From Acaryochloris marina MBIC11017 (lineage in GTDB: Bacteria > Cyanobacteriota > Cyanobacteriia > Thermosynechococcales > Thermosynechococcaceae), in contig NC_009925.1 of assembly GCF_000018105.1 (NCBI RefSeq), forward strand, positions 4,230,001 to 4,262,000: a stretch of DNA of 32,000 nucleotides, in the 5' to 3' direction. The notes under the pieces are model-generated. The model did not search any database. It saw only the letters and a program-made list of their open reading frames with translations, and had not been told where the DNA came from. The first letter of the stretch is position 1, and each line of letters begins with the position of its first letter. A program made the position numbers and the translations under genes. Positions 9,730-17,074 of this stretch are shown here, one piece after another.

Positions 9730-10401
9730 TTATCGCTTTCCAGTCACAATAAATGCAACCCTTTGTCCAATATTAGTGGCATGATCGGCCATTCGCTCTA
9801 AAGAGCGAATCACTAACATCGACAACAATAAAGGTTCCGTGGGGCCAGAAATAGATTGGCTAGCGAGGACATCGTATAAATTGTCGTAGCAATCGTCTAC
9901 AGCATCATCTTCCACTTTGACTTGGAGGCCAACTTCCGCATCCAGTTGGGTTAAGGCAGACAAACTCATGGCCAACATACTCTGGCACAGTTCTGACATA
10001 TGCTCGACTTCGGGCATGTAGGGGGCAACTGGATAGGGAAACAGTTTAACGGCGACTTCGCCAATATCTTCGGCATAATCCCCAATCCGCTCTAAATCTC
10101 GAATGAGCTGCATCAGCGTACCGATTAGCCTTAAGTCGCTGGCCACCGGGGACTGCAACGCAATTAACTGCAGACACTGCACCTCAATCTGTTTATAAAA
10201 CTGATCAATCTTCTTATCCTGCTTGGCGAGGGTATCCACCACCGATAAATCGCGGTTAAACAGAGCGGTATGGGCAAAACGACAGGACTGCTCAACCAAT
10301 GCCCCCATGCGTAAGACATCACCTTGAATAGTTTGGACTTGTCGCTCAAACTGACTGCGAATAGGTTTTGTCACTTTGGGCAAAGGCGATTGGATTAACA
10401 T
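9730..10401 (-). CDS. phoU: Phosphate signalling complex protein PhoU
   Basis: The 223-aa ORF contains two PhoU repeats, each with the DLRLI..IRDLERIGDYAEDI / IRSLERMADHATNI motifs. The gene is stand-alone, with no adjacent pst genes. Confidence 0.9.
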   Translation of the reverse strand: MLIQSPLPKVTKPIRSQFERQVQTIQGDVLRMGALVEQSCRFAHTALFNRDLSVVDTLAKQDKKIDQFYKQIEVQCLQLIALQSPVASDLRLIGTLMQLIRDLERIGDYAEDIGEVAVKLFPYPVAPYMPEVEHMSELCQSMLAMSLSALTQLDAEVGLQVKVEDDAVDDCYDNLYDVLASQSISGPTEPLLLSMLVIRSLERMADHATNIGQRVAFIVTGKR

Positions 10402-10819
10402 TTCTTTATTATTTACTAATTTAATAACGTCTAGGACAATCTTTGTGATTTAAATTTATTGTTTTAAGTTACCCCGTTTCCAAAAATCAGCATTCAATTA
10501 GAGCTGGCTTTTAGAAATCAGATAATTAGGACAATTGACAAGCTGCTTTTAAATAATCTTTAAGAGTATGGAAAATCAATGGTTATATTCATAAAGGCCA
10601 GGTTAAAGGTGGTGACCCCATCCATCCTTTGAATGGATCTCCAATACTGAGGTAATAGGTAACCCCAACATGAAGTCTAAGCAAAATCTGCATATTTTTT
10701 AGTAGTTCAAAACACACTCTGGTGATCCCTACTGGCTTGTCTAAATCTACTGAGACGCAATTTTGCGGTTCATGTTAACGTTATGCTCGTCAGTCGAGAT
10801 GATTGCTGGGAGGCAGTTG

Positions 10820-11500
10820 ATGTACTCGCAGTTCCGGTCACAATATCCGACAGGGAGTCTCACCTCTGAGTTACTGAAGGCCGAACCAGACCACTACATT
10901 GTTCGTGCCTTGATTCAAGTGGGAGGTACAACCTTAGCAACAGGACTGTCTTCGGCATCGACGGTGGAAGAGGCAGAAGACCATGCCCGGGCTCGAGCGT
11001 TAGTGGTTTTGGGCATCGAAGCAGCAACCTTTGAAACCCAGGCCCATTTAATGGGGGAACAGGATCAGGCACGTTTACAGCCTGCATCCTTATCGGAAGA
11101 CTTGCAGGCCATCGCCAACCGGGCCCTCGACGCGGCGCCGGAGTGGGATGATCCCAGCTTGCAAATGCAAGATATGTCAGCTCCAGACTTTGTAGAAGAA
11201 GCGCCCCCTCGTCGAGGGGCCAGTCGGCGACAGAAACCAAAGGCAACCACTTCAAAACGCAAAGCCTCTCGATCCCCCTCGGTTGATACAGCAGCCCTAG
11301 ACTCTCCCCTCGATTTGTCAGATATTATTGCCCAAACTGATGTGGAACTGAAGCGCTTAGGATGGACCAGCACCCAAGGACGACAACATTTGCAACAAAC
11401 CTATAACAAGCGTTCCCGCCAACATTTGACCGATCAGGAGCTGCTGGAATTCCTAGATTTTTTGCAATCCCAAGCCAACATTGATGAGGCTCCCTTCTAA
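10820..11500 (+). CDS. Hypothetical protein with a dsRBD-like N-terminal motif, a basic disordered middle and a small helical C-terminal domain
   Basis: ORF 10763..11500. I prefer ATG 10820 because GGGAGG lies at 10808-10813. No family is recognised. See the finding for the GxGxS..AE..A...AL-like pattern. Confidence 0.6.
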   Translation: MYSQFRSQYPTGSLTSELLKAEPDHYIVRALIQVGGTTLATGLSSASTVEEAEDHARARALVVLGIEAATFETQAHLMGEQDQARLQPASLSEDLQAIANRALDAAPEWDDPSLQMQDMSAPDFVEEAPPRRGASRRQKPKATTSKRKASRSPSVDTAALDSPLDLSDIIAQTDVELKRLGWTSTQGRQHLQQTYNKRSRQHLTDQELLEFLDFLQSQANIDEAPF

Positions 11501-11709
11501 CCTGAAATGTTAAGTTTTTGCATCAGATTCCCAGATTTTACCCCTGGAGTTAGAAGAGAATCTGAAAGTTGTGTGCAAGAGTAAATTAAGCATATTAGGG
11601 TGTAAAGGTGAATCTTTATTGTTAGATTCTTATGAGAGCGTTTTTTAACGTTCCCGATATAACCCAGAATGTGAGTCGGCAAGAGTTTAGGGCAATGGAA
11701 GAAAAACGC

Positions 11710-12324
11710 ATGAGCGAGCAAAATCCTTATGAAATCCTGGAAGTTGCTGAAAACGCATCTTTTGAAGATATCCAAAATGCCCGAGATCGCATCATTGCAC
11801 AGAACCAAGAAGACGAGAAATGTCGGCAAACCGTAGAAGCGGCCTATGATTCTGTACTGATGGATCGGTTGCGTAAGCGACAAGAAGGCAAAATCAAGGT
11901 CCCTGAAGGCATCCGCTTTGCCGAACGCTTGGCGGAGAAAAAGCCTCCGAAGCTCAGCATGCCGCAACTGAATCCGTCACCCAACTGGCTGCAGCAGTCC
12001 ATCGATCAGCCCGATATGCAGGAAATTACCATTGTCGGCGCTTGCTATACGACTCTGGCTGGGATTGCCCTGTTGTCCCAATCCGTTGATACTCTGGCGT
12101 TTCTGTTAGCCCTTGGGGTTGGTTTTAGTCTGTACTGGCTGAATCGTAAAGAGCAAAAACTAGGACGGGCGTTACTGTTGACCTTGGCTGCCATTGGTGT
12201 GGGAGCCTTGATTGGGTCTGCCCTTTTGCAAACCGGTTTACAAACCGATCCGGTTCAACCTCAAGCTATTTTGAGTTGTGTGCTCTTCGTGATGCTGTGG
12301 CTAGTGGATAGCTTCCTCAGATAA
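11710..12324 (+). CDS. CPP1/CDF1-like J-like protein (N-terminal DnaJ-like helix bundle without HPD, C-terminal multi-TM region)
   Basis: ORF 11632..12324, with ATG at 11710 (MSEQNPYEILEV...). The NPYEILEVAENASFEDIQNARDRI segment is J-domain-like but I see no HPD tripeptide. The C-terminal half contains hydrophobic helices. This matches the cyanobacterial/plastid CPP1-like family. An alternative start is ATG 11695. Confidence 0.7.
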   Translation: MSEQNPYEILEVAENASFEDIQNARDRIIAQNQEDEKCRQTVEAAYDSVLMDRLRKRQEGKIKVPEGIRFAERLAEKKPPKLSMPQLNPSPNWLQQSIDQPDMQEITIVGACYTTLAGIALLSQSVDTLAFLLALGVGFSLYWLNRKEQKLGRALLLTLAAIGVGALIGSALLQTGLQTDPVQPQAILSCVLFVMLWLVDSFLR

Positions 12325-12501
12325 TGGGTTCTCAGAAATAACCAGCACCATTAGATAGGTGAGGGCTACCGAATGGTCATTATGCTCGTTTTGATCGAGT
12401 CGATCATCCAGGCTTGAAGGCTAGGTGTTACATCATCTGTTGGGGCGATAGGCTGCCCTGCTGGCTCATGGGTGGGGGCTAACGACGTCTTACAGCGGCC
12501 A

Positions 12502-13509
12502 TCAGTTTTGAGTACTAAGGTCTATTTCTCTGTGCTGAATATAGGCGCGGTGAGTGCTTTGCACCTGATACCAGTTGAGGAAGATACGGGCGATGCCTAG
12601 GGCAATTTGTGGGTGATGGTGGCGGATCAAAAATTGCAGGAGCGGGTTGAGGGACTGTTCGTTTAAGTGGCCTTGCAAGGTCAATAACCCCCAGAGTAAA
12701 CGATGCCAAATAGTGAGCTGGACCATCATCTTGACGGGAAGGGTCGAGTGTTTGAGGTAAAACTGAGCACCCATTCGTCCCCGCTGTTGTTCCTGTTCGA
12801 TTAACTGAGGCAGTTGATCGAGACTAAAAGGGGGATGCCAGTGATACCCGACGGCTTTAGGGGCTTTGACCAGTTTGAGGCCAAGCTGTTGGAGTCGCAC
12901 GCCTAACTCTAAATCTTCCCAGCCATATTGCTGAAAACTGGAGTCAAAACCTCCGGTCTGTTCTAGCCAATGACGACCAATAGCAACATTTCCGGTGGCG
13001 AAATAGGCGGCTGAATAGTCTGACAGTTTGTAGGGAGTAGCAGATGGATCTGCAAAGTTGCAAGTTTGAATGACGCGGCCATAGGTGAACAGTCGATCAT
13101 GTCCCAACCGCTGCTGTGCCGCCTGCAGAACCTCAGCATGGGATTGTAAAAAGGACTCGGTGACGACTAAATCGCTATCGATAAACACGATGGTATCGCC
13201 TCGGGCCATTTGCAGGCCGAGATTACGGGCAGCAGCTGGGCCTTGGTGAGACTGACAGTAATGCTGTAGTTGGGGAAATGCCTGAGCGTGTAACCAGGAG
13301 AGTGTCTTGTCTGTTGAACCATCATCCACCACAATCACTTCGTAGGTATGAGGAGGGGATAAGCACTGCTGGGAGAGGGCTGCCAAGCATTTTTGCAAGA
13401 TCGGCAGACGATTATAGGTGGGGATAATAACACTAAAAAACAAGTTATGATATTTAGGGATACTCGTGTTTAGGATAGCTTGCGGGGCGAGCTTAAGCCG
13501 TTTTGACAA
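12502..13509 (-). CDS. Glycosyltransferase family 2
   Basis: The 335-aa ORF has FSVIIPTYNR, VVDDGSTD and IDSD motifs. The listed start is TTG at 13509 and overlaps the upstream gene end by 17 nt. There is no early in-frame ATG. Confidence 0.85.
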   Translation of the reverse strand: MSKRLKLAPQAILNTSIPKYHNLFFSVIIPTYNRLPILQKCLAALSQQCLSPPHTYEVIVVDDGSTDKTLSWLHAQAFPQLQHYCQSHQGPAAARNLGLQMARGDTIVFIDSDLVVTESFLQSHAEVLQAAQQRLGHDRLFTYGRVIQTCNFADPSATPYKLSDYSAAYFATGNVAIGRHWLEQTGGFDSSFQQYGWEDLELGVRLQQLGLKLVKAPKAVGYHWHPPFSLDQLPQLIEQEQQRGRMGAQFYLKHSTLPVKMMVQLTIWHRLLWGLLTLQGHLNEQSLNPLLQFLIRHHHPQIALGIARIFLNWYQVQSTHRAYIQHREIDLSTQN

Positions 13510-14263
13510 AGCGGATCAGCTCTCGGACTTGATTGAGGAATTGAGCGTCTTCGCTGAGATTTGCGATCGCACTCTCTGTATCCCTCGCTAGCTGCTGATG
13601 TTCCACCTGATTATTGACCTTGAGGGTTTCCAGAGCCGTCATCATTCGATTGAGATCCTGGCGGATAGACTCCCATTGCCGCTGCTGCTCACTAATCCAG
13701 GCGGTTGGATCGTCTAGATTAAGCCGTTGCATTAGACTTTCAGTCTGCTTTTCCTGCATAGCAATGCGGCCCCGTAACTCCAACACATCTTCTCGGGGAT
13801 ATTTGCACTGGCGCTGAATCATTGATAGGCGTCGGGCGAGAAAAGCGTAGGCTCTGATGCTAGGACGTAGCACAGTCAAAAGGAGAGCCGCTAGGGAACC
13901 CAAATAGCCAATGGCGCTAATGTGCCACCAGGCTAAGGCAAAGAGGCCGATGGCAGAGACCCCATGCAGAGCCAAGGCAATCCATAAACTTCGACGATCG
14001 ACCATCACGGCATATTGGCGCTGTTCCGAATCAATGGGAATACCTTTTTCAAGGGAGAGGTTGATTTCCGCTACCACTTCGCGGGCCTGAAAATGGACGT
14101 TCCAAGGGACGGTGGTAATGGTCACCAACCATCCAAAGATGGCGAGCTCCATAATCCAATCCATAAACTGAATGGTGGCGATATCTACCCAGCTAACGGC
14201 GCCATAACCAGCCAGAATAATTAAGGCTAGAAAGGCTAGCAGACCGAATGCGATATATCTCAT
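13493..14263 (-). CDS. Hypothetical integral membrane protein (about 4 TM helices) with a C-terminal cytoplasmic coiled-coil
   Basis: ORF 13493..14398. I prefer ATG 14263 (MRYIAFGLLAFLALIIL). The longer form would overlap the upstream Coq4-like gene and add a non-hydrophobic leader. The C-terminal 90 aa or so are heptad-like and Q/E/R-rich. Confidence 0.6.
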   Translation of the reverse strand: MRYIAFGLLAFLALIILAGYGAVSWVDIATIQFMDWIMELAIFGWLVTITTVPWNVHFQAREVVAEINLSLEKGIPIDSEQRQYAVMVDRRSLWIALALHGVSAIGLFALAWWHISAIGYLGSLAALLLTVLRPSIRAYAFLARRLSMIQRQCKYPREDVLELRGRIAMQEKQTESLMQRLNLDDPTAWISEQQRQWESIRQDLNRMMTALETLKVNNQVEHQQLARDTESAIANLSEDAQFLNQVRELIRFVKTA

Positions 14264-14334
14264 AGTCTTACACTCCTTAAATATTGATGTGAGCCCACGA
14301 GCAGTCCAACACTGCCTGTGGAATGTCTCAGCTT

Positions 14335-14991
14335 TCAGCCGGTGAAGCCCAGCTCTTGTCGCCACTCCTGCAGCGGTTTCTCCCATTGCGCTTCCCACTT
14401 TTGGGATAGCAGCGGTTGGGTTCGAAGTCCCAGCTGATATCCCTGGGAAATGGTTGGTAGTAGCGTGGCAAGGGCATCAGGGGTTTTGAGCAGAGCCTTG
14501 AGTAAGCCAAAGGTGAGCAGGACCAAGGCCATGGGGCGGCGAGTTTGAGCCAGTTCAAAGGCTTTCAGGCCCAGTTCCCCCGCCACATCAGTGCCGAATC
14601 CGGTGATCAGATGCCAAATATCGTGGGTTTGGCGGAGTCGGAGGAGGATGTAGCTGGCATCGTCTCGAACTGCGATCGCACGGTAAAACTCCGGGTCAAA
14701 CCCCGCTTCCGTCAGCGAGGCAGCATAGCAATAGCCCAGGGAGTCTTGGGGATACTGCAGCAGTGTTTCGAGATCGGGGGAAGGGGCAATATAACGGTCC
14801 TGCACCAACTCGGCGGTATTAGCATCAGCCTTAATAAAGTCCACTGCCAACTTCATGGCTTGACTACCGTAGAGCCCATCTTCAATGTCATAGACAGACT
14901 GGGTATTGCTGGGATTGCGAAGGAGGGAAATAACGCCCTTACTAATACTGAAGGCATTGCGGGACGTGGTGAGGGGGTGAGACAGAAGCAT
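14335..14991 (-). CDS. Coq4-family protein carrying the HDxxH-x11-E motif
   Basis: ORF 14335..15057, with ATG 14991 preferred because it avoids overlap with the upstream gene. HDIWHLITGFGTDVAGE exactly fits the Coq4 family putative zinc-ligand motif HDxxH-(x)11-E. Confidence 0.7.
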   Translation of the reverse strand: MLLSHPLTTSRNAFSISKGVISLLRNPSNTQSVYDIEDGLYGSQAMKLAVDFIKADANTAELVQDRYIAPSPDLETLLQYPQDSLGYCYAASLTEAGFDPEFYRAIAVRDDASYILLRLRQTHDIWHLITGFGTDVAGELGLKAFELAQTRRPMALVLLTFGLLKALLKTPDALATLLPTISQGYQLGLRTQPLLSQKWEAQWEKPLQEWRQELGFTG

Positions 14992-15031
14992 ATTGAAAGT
15001 CCTTAAATAATGAGCTGAATGGGATAAGGGG

Positions 15032-15328
15032 CTAAACCACTTTGTTGAAGGGGTCATGCTCGGCCAATAGTTTTTCTAACTTGGCTTCATCCAGACGGCT
15101 GAGCACCCGTTTCGACTCTTCCACGTCGCGGATAGTCTTAGACAAGCTGATGGTGGAGCCGATGGAGAATAAGGTGCCCATGCCCAAGTACCCCTTCATC
15201 CAAGGGTTAACGGGCATATAGACAATACCGATGGCGGTAGCGGCAATAGAAACAGTAAAAGAAATCCAGGTTTGGGCAATCCAAGCACTGGTGTGAACGG
15301 TGGGAGTGGTGATTTGTTTGTCGCTCAT
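15032..15328 (-). CDS. YiaA/YiaB-family small inner membrane protein
   Basis: ORF 15032..15364, with ATG 15328 preceded by GGAGG (complement of 15334-15338). The sequence SAWIAQTWISFTVSIAATAIGIVYMP..WMKGYLGMGTLFSIGSTISLSKTIRD is the YiaAB two-helix pattern repeated twice. Confidence 0.7.
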   Translation of the reverse strand: MSDKQITTPTVHTSAWIAQTWISFTVSIAATAIGIVYMPVNPWMKGYLGMGTLFSIGSTISLSKTIRDVEESKRVLSRLDEAKLEKLLAEHDPFNKVV

Positions 15329-15459
15329 GATGGCCTCCGTTGGGCTTGATTTGATTAATTGCATTCTGGCTTCTGCGTTGGTGAGGCCACAATGACTACA
15401 CCGTAGAGCTTTGAAGCAATATCAGGGCCAAGAACTATACTGAAGTAGGGTGAAGGGAA

Positions 15460-16491
15460 GTGAAGTTCTTGAATACTGAAGATCTAGATCAGTGGTGGTC
15501 CCCTGAACAACAGCAGCAAACCGTGGAGAAATTGATTCAGCGAGTCGGTCTAACGCGGGTTCGGGCTGAGAGTTTTGTCCGCCTCTGGATTTATGCCCTA
15601 GTGCAAGAACAGCTTGCAGACCAACCATGCTTGCGGCCTCCCCTGAAAGATTTGGTCTTGCCCACTCAAAAAGTCATTTGTACCCATCGACAAGCGGCAG
15701 ACTTGTTTTACTTTGATAAGGACCAAGGGAGCGATCGCGCTGCTGGGATGATGCTGGATAAGCTTGCAGCCCTCGGTTTGGTCCAAAAGCAGTTTGATGG
15801 CAATACTACCTGGATCGAAATTCAGCCGATGCCAGAAGGGTGGGATACCTCAGAAGAAACCGTCGAGCTAAAAACTGATGATTTTGACCCTCGCTGTGAT
15901 GCGATTCCAGTGGCGAACTTGCTGGCCCGGAACTACAACTGGATGAACCAAAACTCGGAAACGGCACCACACCGAATTATGTTGAGACTTCGGCAATGGG
16001 CCAAGCAGTATGGAACCGGGATGAGGGTGTTGCGGCAGGTGAATACCCTGAATCCAGTGGGTTTTTATTTGTTGTATCCAACGGATAGTGAATCCGATGT
16101 CAATTTCTTTTCGGCACCCAGTAAGGGTCTGCATTTGAGTACTCTGACAGAGGTGGATCCATTCCAAATGGCAACGCCGGGCGATTCAAATTGTGTGTCG
16201 GTGTATGTGCGCAGCTGGATGATTGACCCGCTTTATTGGGACCACTATCAAGTCCCGTTTCTAATCGATACCCAGGAAACGTTGCGGCGCATGCAACAGG
16301 ATTTTCCGAATCTCTGTGACCTACATACTCTAGTGATTCACCCCCTATACGAAAAGATGGGAGTGATGTTGAACTTTCAAAAGACGAGTCTAGATTCGAC
16401 GAGTTCGATGTATTGGATGTACCGACCATTGGATCGGTTTTTAGCTGTGGACTTACAGAGTCTTCAAAGCTATTCAGATACGAACAGATAG
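15460..16491 (+). CDS. Hypothetical protein, possibly an N-terminal winged-helix fused to a C-terminal GNAT-like fold
   Basis: The 343-aa ORF starts at GTG 15460. The composition is protein-like throughout. The domain interpretation is inference only (see finding). Confidence 0.6.
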   Translation: MKFLNTEDLDQWWSPEQQQQTVEKLIQRVGLTRVRAESFVRLWIYALVQEQLADQPCLRPPLKDLVLPTQKVICTHRQAADLFYFDKDQGSDRAAGMMLDKLAALGLVQKQFDGNTTWIEIQPMPEGWDTSEETVELKTDDFDPRCDAIPVANLLARNYNWMNQNSETAPHRIMLRLRQWAKQYGTGMRVLRQVNTLNPVGFYLLYPTDSESDVNFFSAPSKGLHLSTLTEVDPFQMATPGDSNCVSVYVRSWMIDPLYWDHYQVPFLIDTQETLRRMQQDFPNLCDLHTLVIHPLYEKMGVMLNFQKTSLDSTSSMYWMYRPLDRFLAVDLQSLQSYSDTNR

Positions 16492-16645
16492 AACTCTCAA
16501 TCTCCTATACAGTAGGACTTTTACTCTTTGTTCTTCATTGAAGCTGGGTGTGATGAAGCTGGCGCTGCTTGCTGGTTGATGCCGAATTTGGGTGACTTTA
16601 TAGGAGGACTTGCCACCAACTTCTGAGAAATGTGTTAAATTAATG

Positions 16646-16675
16646 TCAACTACTATAAAAACATATAGTAGTTGA
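16646..16675. promoter_or_regulatory. Perfect 12-bp inverted repeat (candidate PadR operator overlapping -10-like hexamers)
   Basis: TCAACTACTATA (16646-16657), spacer AAAACA, then TATAGTAGTTGA (16664-16675). The repeat ends 32 nt upstream of the PadR ATG. It contains TATAAA and TATAGT hexamers. Confidence 0.55.
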
Positions 16676-16707
16676 AAAAAATAGATTTCGAGTAATCGAA
16701 GAAACTA

Positions 16708-17073
16708 ATGGCACAAAAGCGCAAAGATAAACCGCAAACAGAAAAGCCTGTGCGATTGTCTGCAATCGATGAAGATATCCTCACGGTTCTTTTGGGACGA
16801 GAGTTCTATGGCTTAGAGATTTTGGATGAACTGAATCAGGGCAGGCCGATCACACTAAGTTTCGGTAGTTTATATCCAGCCCTAAACCGTTTAGAGAAGA
16901 AGGGTTTGATTTCCTGGCGATGGGGGGATGAGGTGGATGACTCTGGTGGAGCCCGGCGCAAGTATTACAAGGTGACGGGGTTGGGGGCCAATACCCTCAG
17001 TGGAGTCCAGCAATATCGGTCAATGTTGGCTCAGCGATCGGGGCAGGGACAACTGGCTTGGAGGTTGCTTTGA
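16708..17073 (+). CDS. PadR family transcriptional regulator
   Basis: The 121-aa ORF has ILTVLLGREFYGLEILDEL...SFGSLYPALNRLEKKGLISWRWGDE...RRKYYKVTGLG, the PadR winged-helix signature. Confidence 0.9.
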   Translation: MAQKRKDKPQTEKPVRLSAIDEDILTVLLGREFYGLEILDELNQGRPITLSFGSLYPALNRLEKKGLISWRWGDEVDDSGGARRKYYKVTGLGANTLSGVQQYRSMLAQRSGQGQLAWRLL

Positions 17074-17074
17074 T

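Noticed and set aside
10402-10762. Pho-box-like TTAA-containing elements upstream of phoU (for example GATTTAAATTTATTGTTTTAAGTTA at about 10445-10470)
   Set aside because: The TTAA cores are 14 nt apart rather than the 11-nt phasing described for cyanobacterial Pho boxes. The region is generally AT-rich, so such matches are expected by chance.
11497-11967. A 156-aa minus-strand ORF overlapping the start of the CPP1-like gene
   Set aside because: It is antisense to a well-supported gene, with low-complexity hydrophobic composition and no motif. It is most likely a shadow ORF in an AT-rich leader.
14264-14398. The N-terminal extension of the membrane protein ORF (start at 14398)
   Set aside because: The extension would overlap the 3' end of the Coq4-like gene by 64 nt. 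It would also put an Ala/Gly/Arg-rich non-hydrophobic peptide before a clean MRYIAF... signal-anchor start at 14263.
14415-14432. A tRNA T-loop-like GGTTCGAAGTCC motif
   Set aside because: It lies inside the Coq4-like coding region, and no acceptor or anticodon stems can be drawn around it. I found no credible tRNA in any intergenic region.
16643-16675. A 10-codon mini-ORF (ATG TCA ACT ACT ATA AAA ACA TAT AGT AGT TGA) coinciding with the palindrome upstream of padR
   Set aside because: It has no convincing ribosome-binding site. The ORF is most simply a by-product of the dyad sequence, so the operator interpretation is more parsimonious.
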